Assembly: GCA_949285665.1 (NCBI GenBank)
Contig: CASDYC010000001.1
Span: 227,738 to 291,737 of the forward strand
Length of the DNA stretch: 64,000 nt
From: an uncultured bacterium
Lineage (GTDB): Bacteria > Bacillota_I > Bacilli_A > RFN20 > CAG-826
Direction of reading: 5' to 3'
In this document: positions 20,133 to 31,144 of the stretch, piece by piece
Layout: each line of letters begins with the position of its first letter
Position numbering within the stretch: the stretch's first letter is position 1
Notes under the pieces: model-generated
The model's input: the letters and a program-made list of their open reading frames with translations, nothing else
Told to the model about the DNA's origin: nothing
Database searches by the model: none
Made by a program: the position numbers and the translations under genes

Positions 20133-22316
20133 TTATTTTTCTTTTCTTTTAAAGAAACCTTTTTTCTTACTTTTTTCTGTTGGTTTATTATCTTCAGATT
20201 TGTTTTTTTCTAAGAAATCTTTATGAGATAATTTAATTTTTCCATTGTCATCGATTCCAATTACCTTTACTTGTAACTTTTCACCAACTCTAACAACATC
20301 ACTAGCTTTGCTTACATAATCATTTGATAATTGAGATACGTGACATAAACCATCAGTAGAACCAAATAAATTAACAAAAGCTCCATAGTCTTCAACTCTT
20401 GTTATAACCCCATCAAAGACTTCTCCAATTTGAACTTCTCTTGCGATATCATCAATCATTTGTTTTGCTTTTTCAATTGATTCTTTATTCATGTGATAAA
20501 GTAAAACTCTACCATCATCAGAAATGTCAATTTTTACTCCATCACATTTTTCAATAATATCATTTATTACTTTGCCACCAGAACCAATAACTTCTTTTAT
20601 TTTATCTGGGTTAATATACATAACAGCAAATTTTGGAGCATATTTAGAGACTTCTTTTCTTGGCTCAGCAATTGCTTTTTCCATAACTTCTCTAATTTGA
20701 GCTCTTGCTCCATGTGCTTGAGCTAATGCTTCTTTTAAGATTTCTTTTGTAATACCTTTAATCTTGATATCCATTTGTAAAGCTGTAATACCATTTTTAG
20801 TACCCGCAACTTTAAAGTCCATATCACCAAAGTGATCTTCTAAACCTTGAATATCAGTTAATATTGTATAAGGATGTTTTCCATCAAGTGGTCCGCTTGT
20901 AACTAATCCCATAGCGATTCCACTAACAACGTCTTTAATTGGAACACCAGCTGCCATTAATGACATACATCCTGCACAAATTGAAGCTTGGCTAGAAGAA
21001 CCATTTGATTCAACAACTTCTGAAACAACTCTTATTGTATATGGAAATTCATCTTCGCTTGGAATTATATAAGATAATGCTCTTTCACCTAAAGCACCAT
21101 GACCAATTTCTCTTCTTCCAGGAGTTCCGGTTCTTCCAATTTCTCCGACACTAAATGGTGGGAAATTATAATGATGAATAAATCTTTTACTTTCTTCTGG
21201 TGTTAAATTATCAATAATCTGTTCATCATCTTTTGGTCCAAGAGTTGTAATTGAAATAACTTGAGTTTGTCCTCTCGTAAACATTGCACTTCCATGAGTT
21301 CTTGGAAGTAAATCAATTTGAGCATCTAATGGTCTAATTTCATCAATTCTACGGCCATCAGGTCTAATTTTTTCTTCAGTAATTAATCTTCTAACTTCAT
21401 CTGCAACCATTTGTTCTAAATAGTCATTAACCATTAACATTGTTTGCATATGTTCTTTTTCATTTTGATATTGTCTTGAATCATAATCATCAATAATTAC
21501 TTTTTTAAGTTGATCAATTGCATCTTGTCTTTCTAATTTATCATGAATTGAAATAGCTTTGATCATTTGATCTTTTATTCTTGCATCAATATCTTGTTTA
21601 ATTAAGTCATCAATTTTGTATAAATCGACTTCTCTTTTAGGTTTTCCAATTGCTTTTGCAACTTCAACTTCAAATTCACATAATTTTTTAATAGCTTCAT
21701 GACCAAACATCAATGCGTCTAGCATATCATCTTCACTAACTTCAGCAGCTCCAGCTTCAACCATGTTGATTGCATCTTTTGTACCAGCGACTGCTAAATT
21801 AATATCTGATTTTTCCATTTGCTCAACGGTTGGATTAATAATAAATTTGCCATCAACTCTTCCAACATAAACACCTGCAATTGGACCATCAAATGGAATA
21901 TCTGAAATACATAAGGCTAAACTTGAACCAAACATTGCGGTCATTTCTGGAGTACAATCTTGATCAACTGACATAACAGTATTAATTATTTGTACTTCAT
22001 TTCTAAATCCATCTGCAAACATTGGTCTAATTGGTCTATCAATTAATCTTGCAGTTAAAGTAGCATGTTCTCCTGGTCTGCCTTCTCTTCTTAAAAATGA
22101 ACCAGGAATTTTTCCAACAGCATATTGTTTTTCTTCATAAGTAACAGTTAAAGGAAAGAAATCTCCTTCTTTTGGTAAATCACTAACACAAGCTGTAGAC
22201 AAAACAACAGTATCACCATATCTAACAAAAACAGCGCCATCTGCTTGTTTAGCAATTTCACCAGTTTCAACAACTAATTTTCTTCCTTCGAATTCAAATT
22301 CGAATACTTTTTTCAT
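20133..22316 (-). CDS. pnp: Polyribonucleotide nucleotidyltransferase (PNPase)
   Basis: Two RNase PH domains, KH and S1 ([28 protein letters not shown]), and a Lys-rich tail. Confidence 0.95.
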   Translation of the reverse strand: MKKVFEFEFEGRKLVVETGEIAKQADGAVFVRYGDTVVLSTACVSDLPKEGDFFPLTVTYEEKQYAVGKIPGSFLRREGRPGEHATLTARLIDRPIRPMFADGFRNEVQIINTVMSVDQDCTPEMTAMFGSSLALCISDIPFDGPIAGVYVGRVDGKFIINPTVEQMEKSDINLAVAGTKDAINMVEAGAAEVSEDDMLDALMFGHEAIKKLCEFEVEVAKAIGKPKREVDLYKIDDLIKQDIDARIKDQMIKAISIHDKLERQDAIDQLKKVIIDDYDSRQYQNEKEHMQTMLMVNDYLEQMVADEVRRLITEEKIRPDGRRIDEIRPLDAQIDLLPRTHGSAMFTRGQTQVISITTLGPKDDEQIIDNLTPEESKRFIHHYNFPPFSVGEIGRTGTPGRREIGHGALGERALSYIIPSEDEFPYTIRVVSEVVESNGSSSQASICAGCMSLMAAGVPIKDVVSGIAMGLVTSGPLDGKHPYTILTDIQGLEDHFGDMDFKVAGTKNGITALQMDIKIKGITKEILKEALAQAHGARAQIREVMEKAIAEPRKEVSKYAPKFAVMYINPDKIKEVIGSGGKVINDIIEKCDGVKIDISDDGRVLLYHMNKESIEKAKQMIDDIAREVQIGEVFDGVITRVEDYGAFVNLFGSTDGLCHVSQLSNDYVSKASDVVRVGEKLQVKVIGIDDNGKIKLSHKDFLEKNKSEDNKPTEKSKKKGFFKRKEK

Positions 22317-22373
22317 CTAAACTAATTCTCCTTAAAAATAACTCTATAATTATAACACTTTAAATCAATATTT

Positions 22374-22405
22374 AATAAAAAACCTAGATATTAATCTAGG
22401 TTTTT
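22374..22405 (-). terminator. Hairpin between rpsO and pnp (rpsO terminator / pnp leader processing hairpin)
   Basis: Stem aacctagat / atctaggtt with loop atta, extended by an A/T run. It lies immediately after the rpsO stop. Confidence 0.65.
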
Positions 22406-22409
22406 AATC

Positions 22410-22676
22410 TTATTTTCTAATACCAAGTTTAACTAAAAGTTCAACATAAGCATCTCTATCTTTTTCAGCTAAGTGTCTTAATAAACTTCTTCTTTGACCA
22501 ACAAGAATCATAAGACCTCTTCTAGCAGATGCATCTTTCTTTGAAACTTTTAAGTGAGCAGTTAATTGTTTAATTCTTTCTGTTAAAATAGCAATTTGAA
22601 CTGCATCAGAACCTGTATCATGTTCATTTTTTCCAAATTCTTTAACAATTTTGGCTTTTTCTTGTTTTGATAACAT
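22410..22676 (-). CDS. rpsO: 30S ribosomal protein S15
   Basis: MLSKQEKAKIVKEFG...HDTGS...QIAILTERI...HLKVSKKDASARRGLMILVGQRR. I prefer the ATG at 22676, after an AAAGGAGAA RBS. The track's N-terminal extension is not S15-like. Confidence 0.95.
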   Translation of the reverse strand: MLSKQEKAKIVKEFGKNEHDTGSDAVQIAILTERIKQLTAHLKVSKKDASARRGLMILVGQRRSLLRHLAEKDRDAYVELLVKLGIRK

Positions 22677-22765
22677 TTTCTTTTCTCCTTTCTTAATTTC
22701 AACGCTTAATCCTAGAATAAAATCGGAGACTTTTAATCCCAAGACTAAGTTGCTCAAATATTATA

Positions 22766-23635
22766 CTAAAAGAGTCCTCTAAATGGAAGATAAATATTAC
22801 TTTCAGAATATTTATATATTGCTAAATAATTATCATTTTTATCAACAATTAAAATTTTATCTGGATAAATAGCTAAATCACCATTTAAATAAAATTTTTT
22901 ACCACATTTTATAATATTAATAATTTTATCATCGACTTTTACTATAAAATAATCTGTTAATATTTTGTTATATGGTATTAGGTCACTTTCTTGAACTTCA
23001 TTAATTGTTTTTGCTTCACTTAAATTAAAATTACCAATTTTAGTTCTTTCTAATGATGTTAAATACCCAATATTATTTAATTTTTCAGCAATTAAAACAC
23101 CTAGACTTCGAATATAAGTACCTTTTGAAACAATGCATCTAAATTTTATTTCATCATTTGTAAAAGAAATTAATTTTAAATCATAAATTTTTACATCTCT
23201 TTCAAAATCTTTTAAATTAATTTCTTTTTTCTTTAATGCGTATTCATATAATTTTTTACCTTTAAATTTAATTGCACTAAAAATTGGAGGAACCATTTTT
23301 GTTATACTTTTTAATTCTTTAAAAACATTTAAAATATCGTTTTCGCTAAATTTTGTTATAGGCTTTTTTTCAATAATTTCACCTTCTGTATCAAAAGTGT
23401 CAGTTTTCTCGCCTAATTTTAACACAGCTATATATTCTTTAATATCATCATTAATAAATTGTAATAATTTAGTTGCCTTATTAACGGCAATTATTAATAA
23501 TCCACTCGCAAAAGGATCAAGAGTTCCTAAATGACCACTTTTTTTAATATTAAATTTTTTATTTAATAAATCATCTATTTTTCTTGAAGAAAGACCTTTT
23601 TCTTTATTTATTAAGAAAACACCATTCAATTCCAT
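22766..23635 (-). CDS. truB: tRNA pseudouridine(55) synthase TruB
   Basis: GHLGTLDPFASGLL catalytic Asp motif and the expected size. Confidence 0.9.
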   Translation of the reverse strand: MELNGVFLINKEKGLSSRKIDDLLNKKFNIKKSGHLGTLDPFASGLLIIAVNKATKLLQFINDDIKEYIAVLKLGEKTDTFDTEGEIIEKKPITKFSENDILNVFKELKSITKMVPPIFSAIKFKGKKLYEYALKKKEINLKDFERDVKIYDLKLISFTNDEIKFRCIVSKGTYIRSLGVLIAEKLNNIGYLTSLERTKIGNFNLSEAKTINEVQESDLIPYNKILTDYFIVKVDDKIINIIKCGKKFYLNGDLAIYPDKILIVDKNDNYLAIYKYSESNIYLPFRGLF

Positions 23636-23657
23636 GCTTTTATGTTAACATATTTTT

Positions 23658-24785
23658 ATGAATTCTATAAAAAAGATTTTGGCTTGCATTAGAACAGCTG
23701 ATAAAAAATTTAATTTAATTGAAAATGAAGATAAAATTGCCATTGGAATTTCTGGTGGCAAAGATTCAATGCTTCTTTTTTATGCTTTACATTTATATTC
23801 AAAATTTTCTTTTAATAATTTTAAAATAGTTCCAATTATGATTGATTTAGGATTTGATAATTTTAATCCAGAACCTATAAGAGCGTATCTTTCATCGTTT
23901 GGTTATGATTTAAAAATTTATGATGCTAAAAATGTATATCAAATTTTAAAATTAAACACTAAAGAAAACCACCATTTGCCATGTTCAATTTGTTCTAAGA
24001 TGAAAAAAGCAATCATCAATAAAGCTGCCAAAAAATATAAATGTAATAAAGTTGCTTTTGCTCATCACGCCGATGATGCAATAGAAACATTGTTTATGAA
24101 TGAAATATCTGGTGGAAAAATTGATACTTTTTCTCCAAAAATGTTTTTAACAAGAGAAAAAATAACTTTTATTAGACCTCTAATATTAGTTTTTGAAAAA
24201 GATATAATAAGATGTGTTAAAGAAAATGATGTTGCTACAATATCTTCAAACTGTCCTGCCGATAAATTAACTCAAAGACAAGATATTAAAGAACTATTAA
24301 ATTCAATATATAAACAATTTCCAGAATCTCATGAAAATTTTTTAACAATGATTACCAATTACGATCATATTGGTTTATGGGATGAAAATGAATTTAGAAA
24401 AATACAAAATAGTAATTTAAGTTTGAAAATTTGTTTAAATAAAAATGATTACTTTAACTTATTTAATTTATTTAAAATTAACAAATTTCATAACAATTAT
24501 GTTTATTACTTGATATATGAAAAAAACAATTTAATCGGTTGTTTTTCTTATTATTTAAAAAATAAAAATATATATCTAAACTTAATTAAAATTCTCAAAA
24601 ACTCTGCAAAACCTCAATATTTTTTAAAAATTATAAAAGAAATTGAAGTCATGTTATTTGAAAAGTATAACCCTTGTATTCTTTATACAAAATTAAAAAA
24701 TAATTACTTCAAAGAAAAATATAAAAAGGAAGATAACACTTTTTATCTTCCTTTAAATGGTAAATTAAGTAATATTTTAAAATGA
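23658..24785 (+). CDS. PP-loop ATPase of the TtcA/TilS tRNA-thiolation superfamily with an extra ~130-aa C-terminal domain
   Basis: PP-loop ISGGKDSM, CSICSKMKK, AFAHHADDAIETLFMN and CPADKLTQRQ. It ends in TGA. Repeat copy B lies in the C-terminal extension. Confidence 0.7.
   Translation: MNSIKKILACIRTADKKFNLIENEDKIAIGISGGKDSMLLFYALHLYSKFSFNNFKIVPIMIDLGFDNFNPEPIRAYLSSFGYDLKIYDAKNVYQILKLNTKENHHLPCSICSKMKKAIINKAAKKYKCNKVAFAHHADDAIETLFMNEISGGKIDTFSPKMFLTREKITFIRPLILVFEKDIIRCVKENDVATISSNCPADKLTQRQDIKELLNSIYKQFPESHENFLTMITNYDHIGLWDENEFRKIQNSNLSLKICLNKNDYFNLFNLFKINKFHNNYVYYLIYEKNNLIGCFSYYLKNKNIYLNLIKILKNSAKPQYFLKIIKEIEVMLFEKYNPCILYTKLKNNYFKEKYKKEDNTFYLPLNGKLSNILK
24597..24627 (+). repeat. Dispersed 31-nt repeat, copy B (AAAAACTCTGCAAAACCTCAATATTTTTTAA)
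   Basis: Identical over 31 nt to copy D on the opposite strand. It lies inside the PP-loop CDS and is read as NSAKPQYFLK, a different frame from copy A. Confidence 0.9.
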
Positions 24786-24790
24786 CAATT

Positions 24791-25144
24791 TTATTTTATT
24801 GATTTAATTTCTTCTTCGTCCTTTTTAATAAGTTCTTCGATTTTTTTACCATTTTCAAATGAATCATCTAATAAAAATTCAATGTTTGGAATTTTATAAA
24901 TATCCATTTTTTTAGCTAAAGAACTTTTAATGTATCCTTTCATTTTATTTAATTCTTCTAAATTAACTAAAGGTTCTTGAGTTCCTAAAAAAGAAACATA
25001 AATTCTTGCGTATTGATAATCACTTGAAAGTTTACAATCTGTGACTGTTACAAAACCAATACTTTTATTTCTAACTTCAAAGACTAAAATATCAGCTATA
25101 TTTTTTTTGATTAGCATTTCAATTCTTTTAATTTTGTCTGCCAT
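24791..25144 (-). CDS. rbfA: Ribosome-binding factor A
   Basis: The size, the position after infB, and the pattern VTVTDCKLSSDYQYARIYVS fit. Confidence 0.9.
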   Translation of the reverse strand: MADKIKRIEMLIKKNIADILVFEVRNKSIGFVTVTDCKLSSDYQYARIYVSFLGTQEPLVNLEELNKMKGYIKSSLAKKMDIYKIPNIEFLLDDSFENGKKIEELIKKDEEEIKSIK

Positions 25145-26978
25145 TATCTTCTTCCTCTACCATTTTATAAGCTTCAATAATATCACCTTCATGAATATCA
25201 TTAAAATTTAAAATTGAAATACCACATTCAAAGCCAGATTTAACTTCTTTTACATCATCTTTAAATCGTTTTAAGCCATTAATTTTTCCATTATAGACTT
25301 CTTCTCCATCTCTTAAAACTCTAAGTAATGATGTACTTGTAATTTCACCATCAACAACATAACATCCAGCGATAGTTCCAATCTTACTTGCTTTAAAAAC
25401 TTGTCTTACTTCGGCTTGTCCAAGATATTGTTCAACTTCTTTTTTAGCTCTCATACCTTTTAACATGCTTTCAAGTTCTTCAATTAAAGCATAAATAATT
25501 CGATGCAATCTTATTTCTACTTTTTCTTCAATTGCTTTATTTCTAACATTTGAATCTGGCCTAACATTAAAACCATAAATTAAAGCATGTGATGCATTAG
25601 CAAGTAAAACATCAGATTCTGTAATTGCACCAGCACTTGCTCTAATAATATTAATTTTAGTACCTTCAACATTTAATTTTAAAATAGCGTTTTTAACAGC
25701 TTCTACAGATCCAGTAGAATTTGCTTTTAAAACAATGTTAATATTTTTTAATTCACCTTCTTTGACTTTATCATATAATTCATCAAGAGTTGAAACATTG
25801 TTTGATTTTCTACTTTCTTCTTCAAGTCTCAATTTTCGATCATTTGCAATTTCTTTTGCTAATTTTTCATTATCAAGAGCAAAGAAGTGATCGCCGGCTT
25901 GTGGAACTTCATTAATTCCAATTACAGAAACTGGCATACTTGGAATTGCTTCTGTGACAATTTGATTTAAATCATTAGTCATTCTTCGAATTTTTCCATA
26001 AGTTGAGCCAACTACAACATAATCTCCAACTTTTAAAGCACCATTGCTAATTAAAAATGTTGCTTTTGGACCTTCACCTTTATCAAGTTTTGCTTCTAAA
26101 ACAGTTCCGTAAGCATATCTATTTGGATTTGCTTTTAATTCTAGCATTTCAGCTTCAAGTAAAATATTTTCTAACAAGTTATCAATTCCAATGTTTTTCT
26201 TTGCAGAAATTTCACAAAAAATATTACTACCGCCATATTTTTCTGGAATGATATCATATTTCATTAATTCACTGATAACTTTTTCTGGATTTGCTCCTGG
26301 AACATCAATTTTATTAATTGCAACAATGATTGGAACAGATGCGGCTTTTGCGTGATCAATTGCTTCAATTGTTTGTGGCATAACGCCATCATCGGCTGCA
26401 ACAACTAAGACGACAATATCAGTAACACTAGCTCCTCTACTTCGCATTTCTGTAAATGCTTCATGCCCAGGAGTGTCAATAAATGTAATTAGTTTCCCAT
26501 GACAATGTTTTTGATAAGCACCAATCTCTTGAGAAATACCACCAAATTCAGCTTCAGTTAATCTTGAATTTCTAATGGTATCAATTAATGTTGTTTTTCC
26601 ATGGTCAACATGTCCCATTACAGTTACAACAGGAGGTCTTTCTTTTAAATCTTTTGGATCATCTTTTAAATTCAAGATTGAACTTAAAGAATTTGTTTCA
26701 TTTTCAACCATCTTTTTAAAATCGACATTATTATCAATACAAATTTCACCAATTACTTCATCATCTAAATTTGAATTAATTGTGTAAATAATACCTTTTA
26801 AGAAATATTTTTTAATAATATCACTGGCTTGAATTTTTAAAGTATTGGCTAACTCACCGACAGTTAAACTTCCATAATATTCTAAAACACCATCTTTTAA
26901 GAAACATTTCTTATTAGTTTCTAATTTTGTATTAGATAGATTTGTTTGACGATCATTTCTATTTTTGTTTTTAGCCAT
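25128..26978 (-). CDS. infB: Translation initiation factor IF-2
   Basis: G-domain motifs [18 protein letters not shown] and NKID, plus the C-terminal IF2 domains. Confidence 0.95.
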   Translation of the reverse strand: MAKNKNRNDRQTNLSNTKLETNKKCFLKDGVLEYYGSLTVGELANTLKIQASDIIKKYFLKGIIYTINSNLDDEVIGEICIDNNVDFKKMVENETNSLSSILNLKDDPKDLKERPPVVTVMGHVDHGKTTLIDTIRNSRLTEAEFGGISQEIGAYQKHCHGKLITFIDTPGHEAFTEMRSRGASVTDIVVLVVAADDGVMPQTIEAIDHAKAASVPIIVAINKIDVPGANPEKVISELMKYDIIPEKYGGSNIFCEISAKKNIGIDNLLENILLEAEMLELKANPNRYAYGTVLEAKLDKGEGPKATFLISNGALKVGDYVVVGSTYGKIRRMTNDLNQIVTEAIPSMPVSVIGINEVPQAGDHFFALDNEKLAKEIANDRKLRLEEESRKSNNVSTLDELYDKVKEGELKNINIVLKANSTGSVEAVKNAILKLNVEGTKINIIRASAGAITESDVLLANASHALIYGFNVRPDSNVRNKAIEEKVEIRLHRIIYALIEELESMLKGMRAKKEVEQYLGQAEVRQVFKASKIGTIAGCYVVDGEITSTSLLRVLRDGEEVYNGKINGLKRFKDDVKEVKSGFECGISILNFNDIHEGDIIEAYKMVEEEDNGRQN

Positions 26979-26981
26979 AAA

Positions 26982-27290
26982 TTAAACCTCCTTCTCATCT
27001 AATATTTTAATAATTTGCTTTGCAATATGAATATTTTTAATTCCAAAAATTGCAACTTCATCTTTGGATAAAATATTTCCTAATTCTTGTTTATTAAATA
27101 AATTACAAATTTTGTAAGATTTATCATTTAAATTTATTACTGATTTTAAACTTGTGCTTCCAATATCACTTGCCACAAATATTAGTTTTATTTGTCCTTT
27201 TTTAATAAAAATAGGTAGCGTTTGTTTATAAACAATATCATTTGCTCTTTTTGCAAATTGAATAAAGGAAATAATTTTATCTTTTGTCAT
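26982..27290 (-). CDS. ylxQ: L7Ae-family RNA-binding protein YlxQ
   Basis: About 100 aa, located between ylxR and infB as in Bacillus. L7Ae-like pattern (LIFVASD...). Confidence 0.75.
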   Translation of the reverse strand: MTKDKIISFIQFAKRANDIVYKQTLPIFIKKGQIKLIFVASDIGSTSLKSVINLNDKSYKICNLFNKQELGNILSKDEVAIFGIKNIHIAKQIIKILDEKEV

Positions 27291-27538
27291 AATCTTGTAA
27301 TTAGAAAATCATACACATCATCGCTTACATCAGTTTCAAGAGCTCTATTAAGTAATTTTTTCTTTTTTGCAAGTAGAATTACATCTTTATTTTTACTTAA
27401 ATAAGCCCCTCGACCATTTAATTTATATGTGAAATCAACTTTAACTTCATTATTTGGAGTTTTTACAATTCTAAATAATTCGTTTCTGTTTTTTACTTCA
27501 TTAGTAGCAATACATTTTCTCTTAATTTCTTTTTTCAT
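27287..27538 (-). CDS. ylxR: YlxR/RnpM (DUF448) RNA-binding protein
   Basis: RKCIATNEVKNRNELFRIV...GRGAYL signature. It lies directly after nusA. Confidence 0.8.
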   Translation of the reverse strand: MKKEIKRKCIATNEVKNRNELFRIVKTPNNEVKVDFTYKLNGRGAYLSKNKDVILLAKKKKLLNRALETDVSDDVYDFLITRL

Positions 27539-27543
27539 ATAAA

Positions 27544-29289
27544 TTATTTGTCTTCGTAGTATTCATCTGAATCATATTCATCATAATCATCATCTTCATC
27601 GACACCATATGATTCATCTTCTTCCTCTTCTTCCCTTTTTAATTCTTCTAATTCTTCATCAGTATAAATAGCCATACCTTTAATTGGTTTTTTATTAGCA
27701 TCTTTACTTTCTGATTCAGATTTATCCTCTTTTTTCTTATAAGATTTTTTATTAGATTTAGCTTTTTTACTTTCTTCTTGTTCTTTTTCTTTTTCAAGTT
27801 GATTCAATAAGTCTTCCATCTTAATTGTGTCAACATTGACATGAGTTTTTTCTTCAGGTTTTTTCTCTTCTTTAACATCTTGTGGTTTTTCATCAACCTT
27901 AACTTCTGTCTTTGCCTCTTCAGAAGGAATATTATCTTCAACTTTTATATTTAGATCTTTATCAATCTTATCAACTGTAGAATCGATACTTTCAACAGAA
28001 TTTTCGATAACTTTTTCATCATCTTGTAAATCTTTATCTTCAATATCGTTTTCTTTAAATTCATCTTTTGAATTTAATACAGTTTTTTCTAATTTAGAAA
28101 GTTTTGCTTCATCTCTAATTGTTTCCATGGTCTTAAATTGAATTCCTTCTTTAAGAGCATCTTGATGTTCTTTAATTTCAATTTTAATACCAGTTAATTT
28201 CGCAGCTAAAGAAACATTACAACCCTTTTTACCAATTGCAGTTGATAATTCACCATCTTTTACAACGGCAAGAGCAACTTTTTCAAGCTCATTACTTTTT
28301 TCACTTTCTCTTTCGATAAAAGTTAAACCAACAACATGAGCTGGAACTAAAGCTTCGGCAATATAAATCGCAAGATTTTCATCATATAAAACGACATCTA
28401 TTTTCTCTTTATCTTTAGAATTTCCAAAGTTTTTAGTAATAGCACCGATTCTATCGCCATTTTTACCAATACAAGTACCACATGGATCAACATTTGAATC
28501 ATTTGAATAAACTGCAACTTTACTTCTTTCTCCGGCTCTTCTTGCAATATCTTTAATTACAACTGTGCCATCATAAACTTCATGAATTTCTTGTTCAAAT
28601 AATCTTTTTAAAAATAAAGGGTTACTTCTTGAAATATGGATTTTTGCACCTGCTTGATTTGCATCAACGCTTGCAACACAAACTTTAATACTTTCACCAA
28701 CTTTGAAAGTTTCATCACCAATTTGATCTTTTCTTTCAAGAGTTACTTCGGTATTTTTTCCAATTTCAACGACTGCTTCGTGGGTTTCTCGATTGTATTG
28801 AGTAACAATACCGGTAATTAATTCACCTAATTTTCCTTTATATAATTCAATTAAAGTAGCTTTTTCAGCTTCTAATACTTTTGATCTAAAACTTGTTGAA
28901 AATGAATTAATAAATTTGCTACCTCTTGTTCGATCATTGATAATATCTTCGAGAGTGTATCTAACTTCATATAAGTCACCGACTTTTAATCCAGCTTCTT
29001 TAACATTTGGATCATCTTCTGAAATTTCAAAGAAATCATCAGTTATTTTGTCTTCTTCTTGAACTTTTCTTCCGTAATAAATAACAAATGATTCGCTTTT
29101 ACCTTTCTTTTCAAGTTCAACTCTGACAATTGCATCATCATCATTACTACCTAAAAATATTTTAGTAAAAGTCTTTTTAAGTGTTGATTTAAGCGTATCT
29201 AAAATAAATTCTTCACTTAAATTTTTTGCTTGTACAAGAGATTCAACTGCATCTGTGATACTAATTTTGTTTGCTTTTGTTCTTCCCAT
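27544..29289 (-). CDS. nusA: Transcription termination/antitermination factor NusA with a long K/E/D-rich C-terminal tail
   Basis: N-terminal domain, S1 and two KH domains (CIGKNGDRI, AIGKKGCNVSLAAKLTG), then about 190 aa of charged low-complexity sequence. Confidence 0.95.
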   Translation of the reverse strand: MGRTKANKISITDAVESLVQAKNLSEEFILDTLKSTLKKTFTKIFLGSNDDDAIVRVELEKKGKSESFVIYYGRKVQEEDKITDDFFEISEDDPNVKEAGLKVGDLYEVRYTLEDIINDRTRGSKFINSFSTSFRSKVLEAEKATLIELYKGKLGELITGIVTQYNRETHEAVVEIGKNTEVTLERKDQIGDETFKVGESIKVCVASVDANQAGAKIHISRSNPLFLKRLFEQEIHEVYDGTVVIKDIARRAGERSKVAVYSNDSNVDPCGTCIGKNGDRIGAITKNFGNSKDKEKIDVVLYDENLAIYIAEALVPAHVVGLTFIERESEKSNELEKVALAVVKDGELSTAIGKKGCNVSLAAKLTGIKIEIKEHQDALKEGIQFKTMETIRDEAKLSKLEKTVLNSKDEFKENDIEDKDLQDDEKVIENSVESIDSTVDKIDKDLNIKVEDNIPSEEAKTEVKVDEKPQDVKEEKKPEEKTHVNVDTIKMEDLLNQLEKEKEQEESKKAKSNKKSYKKKEDKSESESKDANKKPIKGMAIYTDEELEELKREEEEEDESYGVDEDDDYDEYDSDEYYEDK

Positions 29290-29304
29290 AATTTTTCTCC
29301 TAAA

Positions 29305-29769
29305 TTAAATTGTTTTAAATTTTATATCTCCTTTTTTAATATCATCCACATTTAATTCTAATTTTCGTTTAGCTCCTTTTAAGAAATATTGAAGATAAAC
29401 TTTATCATCTTTAATTTCATGAATTATACACTTAGTTTCATTAATTCCATTAAATTCATTTTTAAATTCAATTATTAATTTTTCTTCAATATGATTTTTT
29501 AAATCTTCAAAATTTATTGAATCATCATATAAATTTGATTGAACGTTTAATATATACGGATCATCATCTTTAACAAATTTATCTAGTTCATCGCTTAAGA
29601 AAGTTGATAATTCCGATAAAATATTAACATCAATTGGCTTTGACCAACTAACAGTTACATTTAAAAATGTCTCGTTATTTTCTTTACTAACACTAACATC
29701 ATCTAAATTGTAACCTTTTGAAGTAATTAATTGATTTAGAAACTCTTTTAATTCTGGTGTATATTTCAT
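29305..29769 (-). CDS. rimP: Ribosome maturation factor RimP
   Basis: The size and the position at the head of the nusA operon fit. RBS AGGGAGG. Confidence 0.85.
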   Translation of the reverse strand: MKYTPELKEFLNQLITSKGYNLDDVSVSKENNETFLNVTVSWSKPIDVNILSELSTFLSDELDKFVKDDDPYILNVQSNLYDDSINFEDLKNHIEEKLIIEFKNEFNGINETKCIIHEIKDDKVYLQYFLKGAKRKLELNVDDIKKGDIKFKTI

Positions 29770-29791
29770 TAAAACCTCCCTTTAAAAAATA

Positions 29792-29815
29792 AAGAGTGGT
29801 TTTGCAACCACTCTT
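29792..29815 (-). terminator. Terminator hairpin between the ClC-like gene and rimP
   Basis: Stem aagagtggtt / aaccactctt with a 4-nt loop, followed on the minus strand by ATTTTTT. Confidence 0.6.
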
Positions 29816-29881
29816 AAATTTATCTTATAAATAAAGAGCATTTATATTATACAAATTTGCTTATACTTTTTAAAGATATTT

Positions 29882-31138
29882 TTAATCCATGTAATCTTTT
29901 AATTTTAGTTGATCGAAAACTTTAAATTGTAAATCATTGTTATAAATCAAATTAACCATGGATTTATTCTTAACAACTTGACATAAAACTTTATTAATCA
30001 CTAACCCAATTAATGCTGGTAAGAAAATAATATTAATAGGCAAAAATGAAAATGATATTGCTAATGATGTTAAATGATTATTACTAACAACTGCATAAAA
30101 ACAAACCATAAATGTAATTGAAAGAATAATTGTATTAGATGGATTAAGATTTATAAAATAAGATAAGATATAACAAAATAAATATCCAAATAAATATCCT
30201 AGAGTTAAAGTTGGAATTACTCTACCACCAGCTAATTTTGTATTATATGTAAATAGCATTAAAAATAAACGAATAAACACTAATAACAATAAATAATAAA
30301 TTGATTTTATATTTAAAATATTTTCAAAAAATATTGATCCATTATTAACAAAATCATTGGAAATAAATTTTAAAGCAAAAATTAAAATAAAAGTCAAAAT
30401 AACAAAAATAATAAAACTAAACTTATTTCTTAAATATCTAAATAAATAGAAAAGATTTTTATATAAAAAACCTAAAATAAAAGAAATTATTCCAATAATT
30501 GGGATAAAACATAAATATAATGGTTCTAAATATGAAGTAATATTAATAAAATTTGAATAAATATAATTTCCATTTAATAAAATATAAAATAAATAACTAA
30601 CTAACAAAACATAAACAAAATATAAGTTATTTTTATTTAATATCTTTATTTTAAAATTCTCAAAACTATAAAATAAACCCGCTAATGGATTTAAAAATGC
30701 AATAGAAAAACCAATTCCCGGAAAATACTTTTTAAAATCATCATTTAAATAATTAAAAAATAAAAAACCTAAAATAAAAGCAATTAAAACACTTGGTGCT
30801 TCTGTTCCAAATGGTAATCCAATTATAAAACTTAAACAACAACTTACAATTGTTAGAATTATTAAAAGAATTGTTCCTATAATTTTATGTCTTTTAATAA
30901 ATCCTTTATTGACAAATTTTTCAGCTAATTTTAATAAAAAATACTCCAGGAGTAAAACTAAAACAATTAATAAAAAATAAGGTATTAAAAACGTATAATT
31001 TAATTCAATATTTATAAAATTAAATATTAATCCACTCAATTTATTAAAAGCAAAAAAGACAACACTTACTAAAAAAGAATATAAAGTTAATATTAAAAAA
31101 GTACCGCAAAACCTCAATATTTTACTTTTATTTGTCAT
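29882..31138 (-). CDS. Polytopic membrane protein, probable ClC-type chloride channel/antiporter family
   Basis: At least 10 predicted TM helices. ClC-like motifs GTEAPSVLIA (compare GxEGP) and GGRVIPTLTLGYLFG (compare GxFxP). Repeat copy C overlaps codons 6-14. Confidence 0.5.
   Translation of the reverse strand: MTNKSKILRFCGTFLILTLYSFLVSVVFFAFNKLSGLIFNFINIELNYTFLIPYFLLIVLVLLLEYFLLKLAEKFVNKGFIKRHKIIGTILLIILTIVSCCLSFIIGLPFGTEAPSVLIAFILGFLFFNYLNDDFKKYFPGIGFSIAFLNPLAGLFYSFENFKIKILNKNNLYFVYVLLVSYLFYILLNGNYIYSNFINITSYLEPLYLCFIPIIGIISFILGFLYKNLFYLFRYLRNKFSFIIFVILTFILIFALKFISNDFVNNGSIFFENILNIKSIYYLLLLVFIRLFLMLFTYNTKLAGGRVIPTLTLGYLFGYLFCYILSYFINLNPSNTIILSITFMVCFYAVVSNNHLTSLAISFSFLPINIIFLPALIGLVINKVLCQVVKNKSMVNLIYNNDLQFKVFDQLKLKDYMD
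31095..31123 (+). repeat. Dispersed repeat, copy C (aaaaaagtacCGCAAAACCTCAATATTTT)
   Basis: The 19-nt core GCAAAACCTCAATATTTT is shared with A, B and D. It is antisense to the 5' end of the ClC-like CDS, where it encodes KILRFCG. Confidence 0.75.
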
Positions 31139-31144
31139 AAGTTA

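Noticed and set aside
22677-22757. N-terminal extension of rpsO in the ORF track (MSNLVLGLKVSDFILGLSVEIKKGEKK).
   Set aside because: S15 homology begins at MLSKQEKAKI, and the 'extension' contains that gene's RBS (AAAGGAGAA).
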